DNA of 64,000 nucleotides from Microcoleus sp. (GTDB lineage Bacteria; Cyanobacteriota; Cyanobacteriia; Cyanobacteriales; Microcoleaceae), in assembly GCA_042408215.1 (NCBI GenBank), contig JAYFMW010000026.1:1-64000 (forward strand). The letters are read 5' to 3'. Of this stretch, positions 41,529-51,088 are shown piece after piece. The notes below the pieces were generated by a model that was not told the DNA's origin, ran no database searches, and saw nothing but the letters and a program-made list of their open reading frames with translations. The stretch's first letter is position 1. Each line of letters starts with the position of its first letter. Made by a program: the position numbers and the translations under genes.

Positions 41529-41730
41529 AATGTTATTTCTCTTGACTATCCTCATTGTTCAGAAAAATCATTAATTGGGCTTGAGCAAGAACACAATGAT
41601 TATATTTTGTCAGTTTTACCTTTGACAACTCAAAACCGTAGCATTCAGCACCCAATTTTCCCAACCATCCCGAACCAATTTAGTAGAATATGGTACAATT
41701 CAGTTGACAAAGTAAGATTTAGTAGGATAT

Positions 41731-41927
41731 CATAGGTGTCAACTTAAGGTCAAACCCAGTCAGAGACTACTGTTTGACGATTAAGGCCAGATCCCCCCTA
41801 ACCCCCCTTAAGAAGGGGGGGACAGGAGTCCGATCAAAGTCCCCCTTCTTAAGGGGGATTTAGGGGGATCTAGACTCAGGTAAAAACCAGATTTCTCAGG
41901 GCTTTCAGGCTTAAGTTGACACTAATG
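41731..41927. mobile_element. 197-bp MITE (second copy of the 30551 family) with 9-bp TSD
   Basis: CATAGGTGTCAACTTAAG...CTTAAGTTGACACTAATG, flanked by GTAGGATAT at 41722-41730 and 41928-41936. Confidence 0.9.
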
Positions 41928-41966
41928 GTAGGATATAGTTCACTCAACCTCACTCAACCCAGACCC

Positions 41967-43340
41967 ATGAATGTTGAAGATGTTGTAGAATGGGCGAATA
42001 ATTCGATTTTTGATAAAACTGGAGAACATCTCACACCCCTACAGGAAGCAATACTAACGGGTGTTTGGCAAAGACAAAAATATCCTCAAATCGCTAAAGA
42101 CTTCCATTGTAGTGAATCTCACGTAAAAAAAGAAGCGGCTAAGTTATGGGAAAAGTTGCGTGAGGAATTAGGAGAAGACCTTAATAAATTTAATTTTCGT
42201 TCTAAGTTAGAGAAAAAGCATAGGGTTTCTCAAGGATCTAATTTTGGTTACTGCGTACAAATTAATGAGGGTAGTATTAATATTTGTGGTGAATGTTTAC
42301 ATCCTTTGAACGATGTACAAACCCGATCGCCCAATCCCCCTAACTCTCCCCAAAATAAAGAGCAATCGCCCATAATCGATTTAACAGACGCACCCGAATT
42401 AACCAGCTTTTACGATCGCACCTCAGAACTCTCCACCCTCAAACAATGGATATTACAAGCCCACACCCGCTTGATTACCGTCTACGGCTTAAGTGGAATT
42501 GGCAAAAGCGCGATCGCCCTCCAACTCATCGAACAAACTCAAACCGAATTTGACTATATTATTTGGTTAAGTCTCACCAACACACCCACACTCTCAACCC
42601 TCCAAACCGAACTCAAGCAATTTTTTGGGCGATCGCAACAAAACCCATTACCCACAATCATTGATTATTTTCGCACCTCACGCTGTTTAGTAATCCTTGA
42701 TGACGTACAAAATATTTTTAGAAGCAGTCAATTAGCAGGTCAATATTTAGCAGGCTATGAAGATTATAGCAAATTTTTCAAACAAATTGCCACATCCTCT
42801 CATCAGAGTTCTTTAATCCTCCTCAGTTGGGAAAAACCCAGAGAAATTACTGCTTTAGAAGCCGAAAACCGAGCTACCCGAACCTTACACCTCAAAGGGT
42901 TAGGGGAAAAATCGGCAGAAATTCTCAGAGAAAAAGGATTAGCCGATGAGGAAAAATGGTCAGACTTAATCACCCTTTATCAAGGACATCCTTACTGGTT
43001 AAATATTATAGCTGCAACAATTGTCGAATTATTTGACGGTAGCGTCTCCCGGTTTTTAGCAGATAAAAATGATATCTATTTAGGCGATTTAGAACCTATT
43101 TTAGCATCTCACCTAGAGCGTTTATCAGACTCAGAAAAAAAGGTATGTTACTGGTTAGCGACTCAAAATGAAGCTGTAGATATTTCACAACAACCTGCTG
43201 ACAGTGAATTATCTAAATCAGAATTCTGGCAAGCAATACAATCTTTAGCCCGACGCGGCTTAGTGGAAAAAGTGTTAGTAGGAGGGCGATCGAAGTTTCA
43301 GATCGATCCTGTATTTAAAGCATATATTCAATCTAAGTAA
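41967..43340 (+). CDS. N-terminal HTH + NB-ARC/STAND ATPase without a repeat domain
   Basis: HLTPLQEAIL...YPQIAKDF HTH-like; FYDRTSEL, GLSGIGKS, LVILDDV, YQGHPYWL; the track's TTG start lies inside the MITE. Confidence 0.85.
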   Translation: MNVEDVVEWANNSIFDKTGEHLTPLQEAILTGVWQRQKYPQIAKDFHCSESHVKKEAAKLWEKLREELGEDLNKFNFRSKLEKKHRVSQGSNFGYCVQINEGSINICGECLHPLNDVQTRSPNPPNSPQNKEQSPIIDLTDAPELTSFYDRTSELSTLKQWILQAHTRLITVYGLSGIGKSAIALQLIEQTQTEFDYIIWLSLTNTPTLSTLQTELKQFFGRSQQNPLPTIIDYFRTSRCLVILDDVQNIFRSSQLAGQYLAGYEDYSKFFKQIATSSHQSSLILLSWEKPREITALEAENRATRTLHLKGLGEKSAEILREKGLADEEKWSDLITLYQGHPYWLNIIAATIVELFDGSVSRFLADKNDIYLGDLEPILASHLERLSDSEKKVCYWLATQNEAVDISQQPADSELSKSEFWQAIQSLARRGLVEKVLVGGRSKFQIDPVFKAYIQSK

Positions 43341-43467
43341 CATTCCACCTCTTTATTTCTTAGTCTGCGGAGGCAGACTTTGTTTGTGTAGTCGCGGTTT
43401 CAACCGCCGGGTTTGTGTAGTAGGGGCAATCCCCCCGTGGTTGCCCTGTTTCAACCGCCGGGTGCGC

Positions 43468-43716
43468 TTAACTTAACTCAACGCGAAAAGATTGCCCCAT
43501 CGCTTGAAATTCTTGAGTTTCTTCCCGTTGTAACTGCTGTCTAATTTTGGCAAATTTCCTCACTGTTTCCACAGAGTACAACCGTTCTCCACAGCTTAGA
43601 CAAACTTCAGCGGATACTTTTAAGATAGCAGTATGGTTGCCGCCCCGTAAAAGTTTATCGACTTCTTTTATAACTATTTCACCGCCGCAAATAGGGCATT
43701 TTTCTACAGATAGCAT
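43468..43716 (-). CDS. YgiT-type zinc finger protein (antitoxin-like)
   Basis: CPICGG...VSAEVCLSCGERLY. Confidence 0.82.
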   Translation of the reverse strand: MLSVEKCPICGGEIVIKEVDKLLRGGNHTAILKVSAEVCLSCGERLYSVETVRKFAKIRQQLQREETQEFQAMGQSFRVELS

Positions 43717-43718
43717 TG

Positions 43719-44030
43719 TTAATTTATCCTTTGTATCCAATTAATCCATCGATTCGCATCGGGGCGATAAACTGTAATTAGGATGGCTAGTTTATTACTA
43801 GGGACATAAGACCAAACACTGTGAATGGGATCGCCTCTAAAGCTTTCACCATAGATTAAGTATGGGGGATAGGGTTTTTCTTTGGGATAATTTTCAATGA
43901 TTTCACCATAAAGGACGGAAAAGTAGATTTCATCAAATGAGAGACGATCGTTCTCTGCTTCTTCATCAGCATGGTCTGTAATTCGCACCCGATTTTCTAA
44001 TATTGCTTCTATGATATCGTTTAGATTCAT
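43719..44030 (-). CDS. DUF4258-like protein (putative toxin)
   Basis: RITDHADEE, GEIIENYP, PIHSVW, ILITVYRPD..RW. Confidence 0.8.
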   Translation of the reverse strand: MNLNDIIEAILENRVRITDHADEEAENDRLSFDEIYFSVLYGEIIENYPKEKPYPPYLIYGESFRGDPIHSVWSYVPSNKLAILITVYRPDANRWINWIQRIN

Positions 44031-44202
44031 TCGTTGAAAGATGAGTTGGCCTTGGGAGTAATGGGAGGCCGTAGACCCGGTGATTCTGGCGGTGGCAGAA
44101 AAATTTATCTTTGCTAATTGTTACAAATTTATCAACGGCGACCTATAAGAGCGATGCTACCGAACATGATATCACAGGACAATTAGTAGAGATGGGCGAT
44201 TG

Positions 44203-44620
44203 GGGAGTCAGAAACCGGGTTTCTTCCTAAATCTTGGTGAGGATGTTTAAATTCTCGCAGAAACCCGGTTTCTTGGATTTTGGGGTTTCCTCGTGGGGGA
44301 GTCAGAAACCGGGTTTCTTCCTAAATCTGGGTGAGGATGCCAAGATTGTCGCAGAAACCCGGTTTCTTGGATTTTTGGGGCGCGGGGAGTCAGAAACCCG
44401 GTTTCTTTCCAAAATTTCGGTGGGGATGCCAAGATTCTCGCAGAAACCCGGTTTCTTGGATTTTTGGGGCGTGGGGCTCAGAAACCGGGTTTCTGACTAA
44501 ATCTGGGTGGGGATGCGTAAATGATCGCAGAAACCCGGTTTCTTGGATTTTGGAGTTTGTGGGGATTCAGAAACCGGGTTTCTTCGCAATATCTCGGTGG
44601 GGATTCCAAGATGATCGAGG
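44203..44620 (+). repeat. Degenerate array (~4.5 units) of the AGAAACCGGGTTTCT hairpin repeat
   Basis: Same core and orientation as the 38922 array. Confidence 0.88.
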
Positions 44621-44815
44621 CAACTTAACTAACTTATTCCCATTTACCACAAACCGCGACAATCTTCTGTAGCGATACTTACTTTTCCTATAAGGATCGA
44701 CAGGAATATCCTTGAAAAATTGCTGAAAACCTTCTAGCTTAATCGAGTTTACTTTTTTGAAAGTAAACATGGAAGCATAATCAGAAGAAATGAATTCTAA
44801 TGCCGTTTTTATCAA
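44615..44815 (-). pseudogene. 3'-truncated 2OG-Fe(II) dioxygenase-like gene
   Basis: FFKDIPVDPY...YRYRRLSRF...LVKLP N-terminal motif, then the frame runs into the repeat array. Confidence 0.6.
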
Positions 44816-44922
44816 TTCTTATTTATAAAGCCTTGCTCCCCTCTGTAATTTTTTTTGCCGCCGATGAACGCGCAAGATGAACGGGAATTAACGCTGATGT
44901 TAAATGCAGTTTAATCAGTGAG

Positions 44923-45432
44923 TTACTCAGGGAACAGGGTTAGTAAAAATTTGGTGGTTGCTTTGGCTTCTATTTTAAATGGGATTAGGCACAAAAGCCA
45001 GCCCAAAATAAACATTCCTAGGATCGGTAAAAATATTGCCCCCACGGAGCGATCGACAAACCAAGCACATAAGGCGAACATCCCGATACTGCCAGTTGTC
45101 CACAGCCAATAAATCAGAATTACGATCGCAATTTTATGTAAATTCATGCTAATTTTTAGAGAAGAACCGGGTTCTTGAGGATGGTTCTCTCCTTGAATCA
45201 CTGGCAAGAATGGGTGGCGGACAGTGGCGATGCGACTAATTTTGAAAGTGTTGCCAGAGATGATTCCTTCGTAAGGTTTAGCTGGTCGCTTGAATAGCGT
45301 GAGTCTGAATATTTTGGGAGGCTCAACAATTTCATCCAATTTTTCTAAGACTTCAGAAAATGTGAATTTGGTCGCTATGTTTAAAGTTTCAAAAGGCAGC
45401 AAAAGTCGATAAAATCTGATGATGTTATTCAT
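44923..45432 (-). CDS. Hypothetical membrane protein (2 TM)
   Basis: PYEGIISGNTFKISR...PVIQG followed by two hydrophobic helices. Confidence 0.7.
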   Translation of the reverse strand: MNNIIRFYRLLLPFETLNIATKFTFSEVLEKLDEIVEPPKIFRLTLFKRPAKPYEGIISGNTFKISRIATVRHPFLPVIQGENHPQEPGSSLKISMNLHKIAIVILIYWLWTTGSIGMFALCAWFVDRSVGAIFLPILGMFILGWLLCLIPFKIEAKATTKFLLTLFPE

Positions 45433-45561
45433 CGGGTTAATCCTATGGAGAGTTATTGTCGTTGAAGAGGCCCCCTACCAAGAAAAAACTTCCCGTGACC
45501 GCACCTCGTCATACCAGTATAGTGGAAAATAAAGATTTGGAAGCTACAGCTATCTTTACTT

Positions 45562-47715
45562 GTGTCAAAATTCAACCAACAATCTCCTATGAAACTTTCA
45601 CGGTATCTATTCTCGCTCAAAAGTCGATCGCGACTTTGCCTCTCTCTCGGTCTACTTTCCGTCATATCGAACATTTTGCCAGTGTTTGCGGTAACCCCAC
45701 GCAATCCAGAGCAAGAGGAAACTTGCGACATTCTCGTAGCAGGTGGCGGACTTGCAGGTGCTGCTACGGCTTACGAAGGTTTGCTGGCGGGTCGTACAGT
45801 TTGTCTCACCGACATTACTGACTGGGTGGGCGGTCAAATCTCGGCTCAGGGAACCTCTGCACTGGATGAAAGAGATACTCAGCGATCGCTCTTATTTTAC
45901 CCCCGCGGCTACCTAGAATTGCGGCGGCGAATCAAAGAACATTACGGTAGGCTAAATCCGGGGGGCTGTTGGGTTAGCTATTCCTGTTTCATGCCCTACG
46001 ACGGCCACAAGATTCTGTTTGAAATGTTGCAGGATGCGGCCAGCAGAGGTAAAGGTACGCTGAAATGGTTTCCTAATACTGTGATTAAAGAACTAGGAAT
46101 TACTCCTGCTGTGGCGGGAAATGCTGTTGGCGGACAACAAATTAAAAGTGCGATCGCCATTGGGCACAAACCAGCCGCCAATACCCCACCAATCAACACC
46201 GAAACTCTTTCTCAAACTATCGAAGACGCCTATCGCTACGAAAATTCGGCGCGATTTAATAAAACGATTATCCGCTTTATTCCTAAAGCATCTCAGACCC
46301 CCCCTAACCCCCCCTTACCAAGGGGGGGGAATTCCACAAGTTCCCCCCCTTTACAAGGGGGGGCTAGGGGGGGTGTTGATTGGTATGTTGTAGATGCCAC
46401 TGAAACCGGCGAATTAATCGCACTTGCCGATGTTCCCTACCGCCTCGGAATTGACCCCAGAACTTCTCTAGAACCCTCTTCGGGAAGCCCCACAGGCGAC
46501 GCTTATTGCACTCAAGGTTTTACCTACACCTTTGCAATGGAGGCAACTCAAGAACCACAACAGCATCAAGGGCCGTCTTTTTATCAACAATATGCTCCTT
46601 ACTACAGTTACGAATTGCAGAGATTAGCCAGCTTTCCCTTAGTTTTCAGCTACCGCCAAATTAGGAGCATGAGACCTGATGAAACGCGCCCTGCTGACCC
46701 GAAACAATTCCCGATTTATCCAGGGGATATTTCTATGCAAAATTGGACTTGGGGTAATGACTACCGTCCGGGTTCTTCCCAGGATAATTTAATTTACAGT
46801 CGCGAGCAACTGTCAGCTAACGGTCAACTGCAACCGGGTGGATGGATGGGCGGTTTGCGAACAGAAACTTTGCGGCGCGGAGAAGAAAATGCTCAAGGAT
46901 TTTTCTACTGGTTGGTAGCAGGAACGACAGACTCGCAACTAGGAAATGGTGTGAAAAAGCCTTATCCAAATAATCGTTTATTGAGCGGTTTTGATTCGCC
47001 GATGGGGACGGTACACGGACTTTCTAAATATCCTTATATGCGGGAGGGAAGGCGGATTATTGGTCGGCCGAGTTTCAACGATCCTCAAGGCTTTACAATC
47101 TGGGAAGTTGATATGTCTCGCACTGATTTTAAGGCGGATTTTTACCGCCAGAATTTATCAGAGAAAGAGTACCGGAATTTGTGGCTGGCCGTGGGTGGTT
47201 TGAATGCGCCGGCTTTGGCTGTGGGAAGTCAATCGGTAGAGGATACAAAATCTCGATCGCGCGCTAGGATTTATCCTGACAGTGTTGGTATCGGTCACTA
47301 TGCGATCGACTTTCACCCCTGCATGACCAACAGTCCCCCGGAAGCACCGGGAAACACCGAACGGGAAGGAACTCGCAAAGGTCAAGGCCAAGCTTATCCG
47401 TTCCAAATTCCGCTGCGAGCAATGATTCCTCAGAAAATTGACAATATGTTAGTAGCTGGCAAAAGTATTGCTGTTAGCCACACAGCGGCGGCGGCTTATC
47501 GAGTGCATTCTTTTGAATGGTCAGCCGGTGTGGCGGCGGGTGTTACTGCTGCTTTTTCCCTAGAAAATGGGATTATACCTTATGAATTGGTGGACGAATT
47601 GCCATCCCGCGAGCCGAATTTGGAGGTGTTGCAGTTGCGGTTGCAACAAAATGCCAATCCGATCGCATTTCCGGGTACTTCTATTTTCAATAGTTCTTGG
47701 CAAAATTGGAAGTAA
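45562..47715 (+). CDS. FAD-dependent oxidoreductase (exported)
   Basis: DILVAGGGLAG, WVGGQISAQG, DATETGEL, YMREGRRI, PFQIPLRAMIP. Confidence 0.9.
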   Translation: MSKFNQQSPMKLSRYLFSLKSRSRLCLSLGLLSVISNILPVFAVTPRNPEQEETCDILVAGGGLAGAATAYEGLLAGRTVCLTDITDWVGGQISAQGTSALDERDTQRSLLFYPRGYLELRRRIKEHYGRLNPGGCWVSYSCFMPYDGHKILFEMLQDAASRGKGTLKWFPNTVIKELGITPAVAGNAVGGQQIKSAIAIGHKPAANTPPINTETLSQTIEDAYRYENSARFNKTIIRFIPKASQTPPNPPLPRGGNSTSSPPLQGGARGGVDWYVVDATETGELIALADVPYRLGIDPRTSLEPSSGSPTGDAYCTQGFTYTFAMEATQEPQQHQGPSFYQQYAPYYSYELQRLASFPLVFSYRQIRSMRPDETRPADPKQFPIYPGDISMQNWTWGNDYRPGSSQDNLIYSREQLSANGQLQPGGWMGGLRTETLRRGEENAQGFFYWLVAGTTDSQLGNGVKKPYPNNRLLSGFDSPMGTVHGLSKYPYMREGRRIIGRPSFNDPQGFTIWEVDMSRTDFKADFYRQNLSEKEYRNLWLAVGGLNAPALAVGSQSVEDTKSRSRARIYPDSVGIGHYAIDFHPCMTNSPPEAPGNTEREGTRKGQGQAYPFQIPLRAMIPQKIDNMLVAGKSIAVSHTAAAAYRVHSFEWSAGVAAGVTAAFSLENGIIPYELVDELPSREPNLEVLQLRLQQNANPIAFPGTSIFNSSWQNWK

Positions 47716-47719
47716 GTTA

Positions 47720-47943
47720 GTTGATTGTTGACTGTTGATTGTTGGCTGTTGACTGTTGACTGTTGACTGTTGGCTGTTGGCTGTTGACTGTTGGCTGTTG
47801 GCTGTTGATTGTTGGCTGTTGACTGTTGATTGTTGGCTGTTGACTGTTGGCTGTTGGCTGTTGACTGTTGGCTGTTGGCTGTTGGCTGTTGGCTGTTGGC
47901 TGTTGACTGTTGGCTGTTGACTGTTGATTGTTGGCTGTTGGCT
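47720..47943. repeat. Long heptamer STRR tract (GTTGACT/GTTGGCT/GTTGATT)n
   Basis: About 30 units, read directly. Confidence 0.92.
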
Positions 47944-48136
47944 AATCACCAAGGCCCAATGGCCAATGCCCCATTTTCCCAGTCTTCCGTGCCGATTTCT
48001 GAGAAAAATATTAAGCTAGGTTAAAGCGCGATCGACAGTTGTGAGCAAGACACCCGTTTTGCCACAAACAGCCCGATATTTGCCGTTTTTTGCTTCAACC
48101 TGCTGTCACAATCCAAAATTACCCGTCAATCAATAC

Positions 48137-48964
48137 ATGAATATTTTTAGCAGTCTGCTTTCTGGGAAAACTCAACAACCCGAAGTGAAAAAACAGCGCC
48201 GAGGAATTGAAATTAAGTCGGAACGCGAAATCGAAATTATGCGGCAAGCGTCGAAAATTGTTGCTACGGTACTCAAAGAAATTTCCCAAATGGTGCAGCC
48301 GGGAATGACTACTGCTGACTTGGATTCCTATGCCGAAAAACGCATCCGTGCTCTGGGTGCAACGCCTAGTTTTAAAGGCTATCACGGTTTTCCAGGCTCG
48401 ATTTGCTCTAGCATTAATCATGAAGTTGTTCATGGCATCCCCAAGGCCAAAAAGGTAATTCGGGCTGGAGATGTTCTCAAGGTAGATACTGGGGCCTATT
48501 ATCAAGGCTTTCACGGTGATTCTTGCATTACGATCGCAGTTGTGGAAGTGACTCCTGAAGCGGCAAAATTAATCCGAGTAGCAGAAGAAGCTCTCTACAA
48601 AGGTATCGAACAAGTGAAAGCGGGAGCCTATTTGCTCGATCTGGCTGGTGCGATCGAAGATCATGTCAAAAGCAACGGTTTTAGCGTGGTTGAGGAATTC
48701 ACAGGCCACGGTGTGGGCCGAAATTTGCACGAGGCACCTTCGGTTTTCAATTTCCGTACCCGCGAAATGCCGAACGTGAAATTGCGATCGGGTATGACAT
48801 TGGCGATCGAACCGATTCTGAATGCGGGTTCTAAGTATACTCGGACGCTTTCTGACAAGTGGACTGCTGTAACGGTTGACAATGCTCTATCGGCTCAGTT
48901 TGAGCATACTGTGTTGGTGACGGACAGCGGTTACGAAATTTTGACCGATCGATCGAAAGTTTAA
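48137..48964 (+). CDS. map: Methionine aminopeptidase type I
   Basis: [44 protein letters not shown]. Confidence 0.96.
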   Translation: MNIFSSLLSGKTQQPEVKKQRRGIEIKSEREIEIMRQASKIVATVLKEISQMVQPGMTTADLDSYAEKRIRALGATPSFKGYHGFPGSICSSINHEVVHGIPKAKKVIRAGDVLKVDTGAYYQGFHGDSCITIAVVEVTPEAAKLIRVAEEALYKGIEQVKAGAYLLDLAGAIEDHVKSNGFSVVEEFTGHGVGRNLHEAPSVFNFRTREMPNVKLRSGMTLAIEPILNAGSKYTRTLSDKWTAVTVDNALSAQFEHTVLVTDSGYEILTDRSKV

Positions 48965-49223
48965 TGGTTCGGGAAAGGGAAGAGTTTTGAGTGCTTGAGT
49001 TTTGAGTGCGTGAGTTCAATTTCAAAAAGAGTGCGTGAGTTCATTAATTAATCAAAATTGCTCTCACGCACTACTTTTACTAACCGCTTGAATGCAACTA
49101 TTATTTAGGAATTGGGAATTGGGAATTGGTAATCGAGCGGCGCATACCTGACTGCAAAAGAGAACCGAAGTAGTTAAATTAGGCTAAATTAAAAGAGAGT
49201 GGTAAAGCACAAAGGTAAGAAAG

Positions 49224-49916
49224 ATGTCAGCACGATTATTATTAGTAGATGACGAACCGGGCTTGCGGGAAGCGGTACAAGCTTATTTGGAAGATAGCAA
49301 TTTTGCGGTTGAGGTTGCCAGTAATGCTCGCGACGGCTGGGAACTTTTGCAGCGTTACAATCCCGATTTGCTGATTTCAGACATTATGATGCCGCAGGTG
49401 GATGGTTATCAATTTCTGAAGCAAGTGCGGGAAGATCCTCGCTACAAGGCTTTACCCGTGGTGTTTTTGACGGCTAAGGGTATGACGAGCGATCGCATTC
49501 AAGGCTATCAAGCAGGTTGCGATGCTTATCTTTCTAAGCCTTTCGATCCCGACGAATTGGTGGCAATTATCACAAATTTGCTGGCTCGCCGCGCGGCTGC
49601 TAAGGAGATGAGCGACAATGCTGAAACTCCCGATATTGCTGCTTTGGCGAATCAAATGGCGAGAATTGAGTCTTTGCTGAGCGGGCGGAGTTCGATCGTT
49701 CAACTTCCTTCACCAATTAAAATAGATTTGACTCCGCGAGAACAAAGTGTTTTGGATTTGGTGGCTCAAGGTTTGATGAATAAAGAAATTGCTCGCCGCT
49801 TGGAAACAAGTGTGCGTAATGTGGAAAAGTACGTTAGCCGTTTGTTCAGCAAGACCGGTACTAACAGCCGTACTGAGTTAGTTCGCTACGCTCTTGAACA
49901 CGGCTTGACTAAGTAG
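49224..49916 (+). CDS. ycf29: NarL/LuxR response regulator, Ycf29/Rre1-like
   Basis: LLVDDEPGLREAV, DIMMP, LTPREQSVL, RNVEKYVSRLFSKTGTNSRTELVR. Confidence 0.82.
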   Translation: MSARLLLVDDEPGLREAVQAYLEDSNFAVEVASNARDGWELLQRYNPDLLISDIMMPQVDGYQFLKQVREDPRYKALPVVFLTAKGMTSDRIQGYQAGCDAYLSKPFDPDELVAIITNLLARRAAAKEMSDNAETPDIAALANQMARIESLLSGRSSIVQLPSPIKIDLTPREQSVLDLVAQGLMNKEIARRLETSVRNVEKYVSRLFSKTGTNSRTELVRYALEHGLTK

Positions 49917-50365
49917 GGGCCCAGAGCTCTTAGGAGGCTCTTCCGACCGCATTGCGTTCCCAGGCAGAGCCTGGGAACAAAGAAAATGTTAAGATCTAAG
50001 TGTTGACATATATATATAGTGTATTTGTGGTAATGCACATCAGTCTGCTGGCCGCAGAAAGCCGGTGTTACCACTGCTGTGCGATCGAACTTCTAACCGT
50101 TATGAATCTGATGGGTAAACTCCCAAAACCCGGGGAATTACTTAGCCCGAAAAACTTACTGTTTCAGAGTATTTACTTAGTAAATAGAAAGGAGAACTCT
50201 TCGCCCGACACCATCCGCCTCATAAACTTTCCACGGAGTGTCACAGATGCGGGTATATTTTGTCTGAAAACCCACCAGTATTAATGAATGGGATCGCAGA
50301 TGAAAGTAGTCGCGGCTCTTGAAGCGAGGACAGCATCTAAACTCAGTTTCTACAAGGAGGATAGC

Positions 50366-50725
50366 ATGAGGAACATGACCACGCGACAAGCTATAAGTGC
50401 CATAGTAGCACTGCCGCTCCTGCTCCTGGCAAATACAACAGAAGCTTGGGCTAATATTGGCGGCCAGAAAATAGATCCTATCAAAAAAGTTTCCAATTTG
50501 GGCGATCGGCTGGATTTCGACATGACGGCATCAACATCAATCAACATCGAAGAAAGCGAGGATTGGGATGAACCAGATTTTTCAGCTAATTTAGATATGC
50601 AGATTACTAAATTTATGACAGAAAGTGTTCCCGCCGAAATTGATGAGCTTCCGCCAATACTTGATCTGAGTGTTGCGAGGGACAACTCAACCAGAGCGTG
50701 TCGCATTTCAGTAATCTGCGAATAA
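50366..50725 (+). CDS. Hypothetical secreted acidic protein
   Basis: AAGGAGG RBS, signal-like AIVALPLLLLANTTEAWA. Confidence 0.55.
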   Translation: MRNMTTRQAISAIVALPLLLLANTTEAWANIGGQKIDPIKKVSNLGDRLDFDMTASTSINIEESEDWDEPDFSANLDMQITKFMTESVPAEIDELPPILDLSVARDNSTRACRISVICE

Positions 50726-50848
50726 GTGAATCGATCGTCATTAGTCATTAGTTATTGGGCATTAGTGATTGGGCGAAGCGAAGCTCCGGGATGGGGAATT
50801 GGGCATCGATGCACTCTCCTATTGGGCATTGGGCACGATCGCTAATAA

Positions 50849-51088
50849 CTAACCAATTCCCAATTACCTATTCCCAATTACCTATTCCCAATTCCCTATT
50901 ACCTATTACCTATTACCTATTACCAATTCCCTATTCCCAATTCCCAATTCCCAATTCCCAATTCCCAATTCCCAATTCCCTATTCCCAATTACCAATTCC
51001 CTATTCCCAATTACCTATTACCTATTACCTATTCCCTATTACCAATTCCCAATTCCCAATTCCCAATTCCCAATTCCCAATTCCCAAT
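50849..51088. repeat. Heptamer STRR tract (TTCCCAA/TTACCTA/TTCCCTA)n
   Basis: Read directly; abuts the start of the WD40 gene. Confidence 0.9.

Noticed and set aside
41916..41966. N-terminal extension of the STAND ATPase
   Set aside because: The TTG start lies in the MITE TIR; ATG 41967 is more plausible
47560..48024. ORFs with QQPTVNS / LLAVDCW repeats, and 50755-51244
   Set aside because: Artefacts of heptamer STRR tracts
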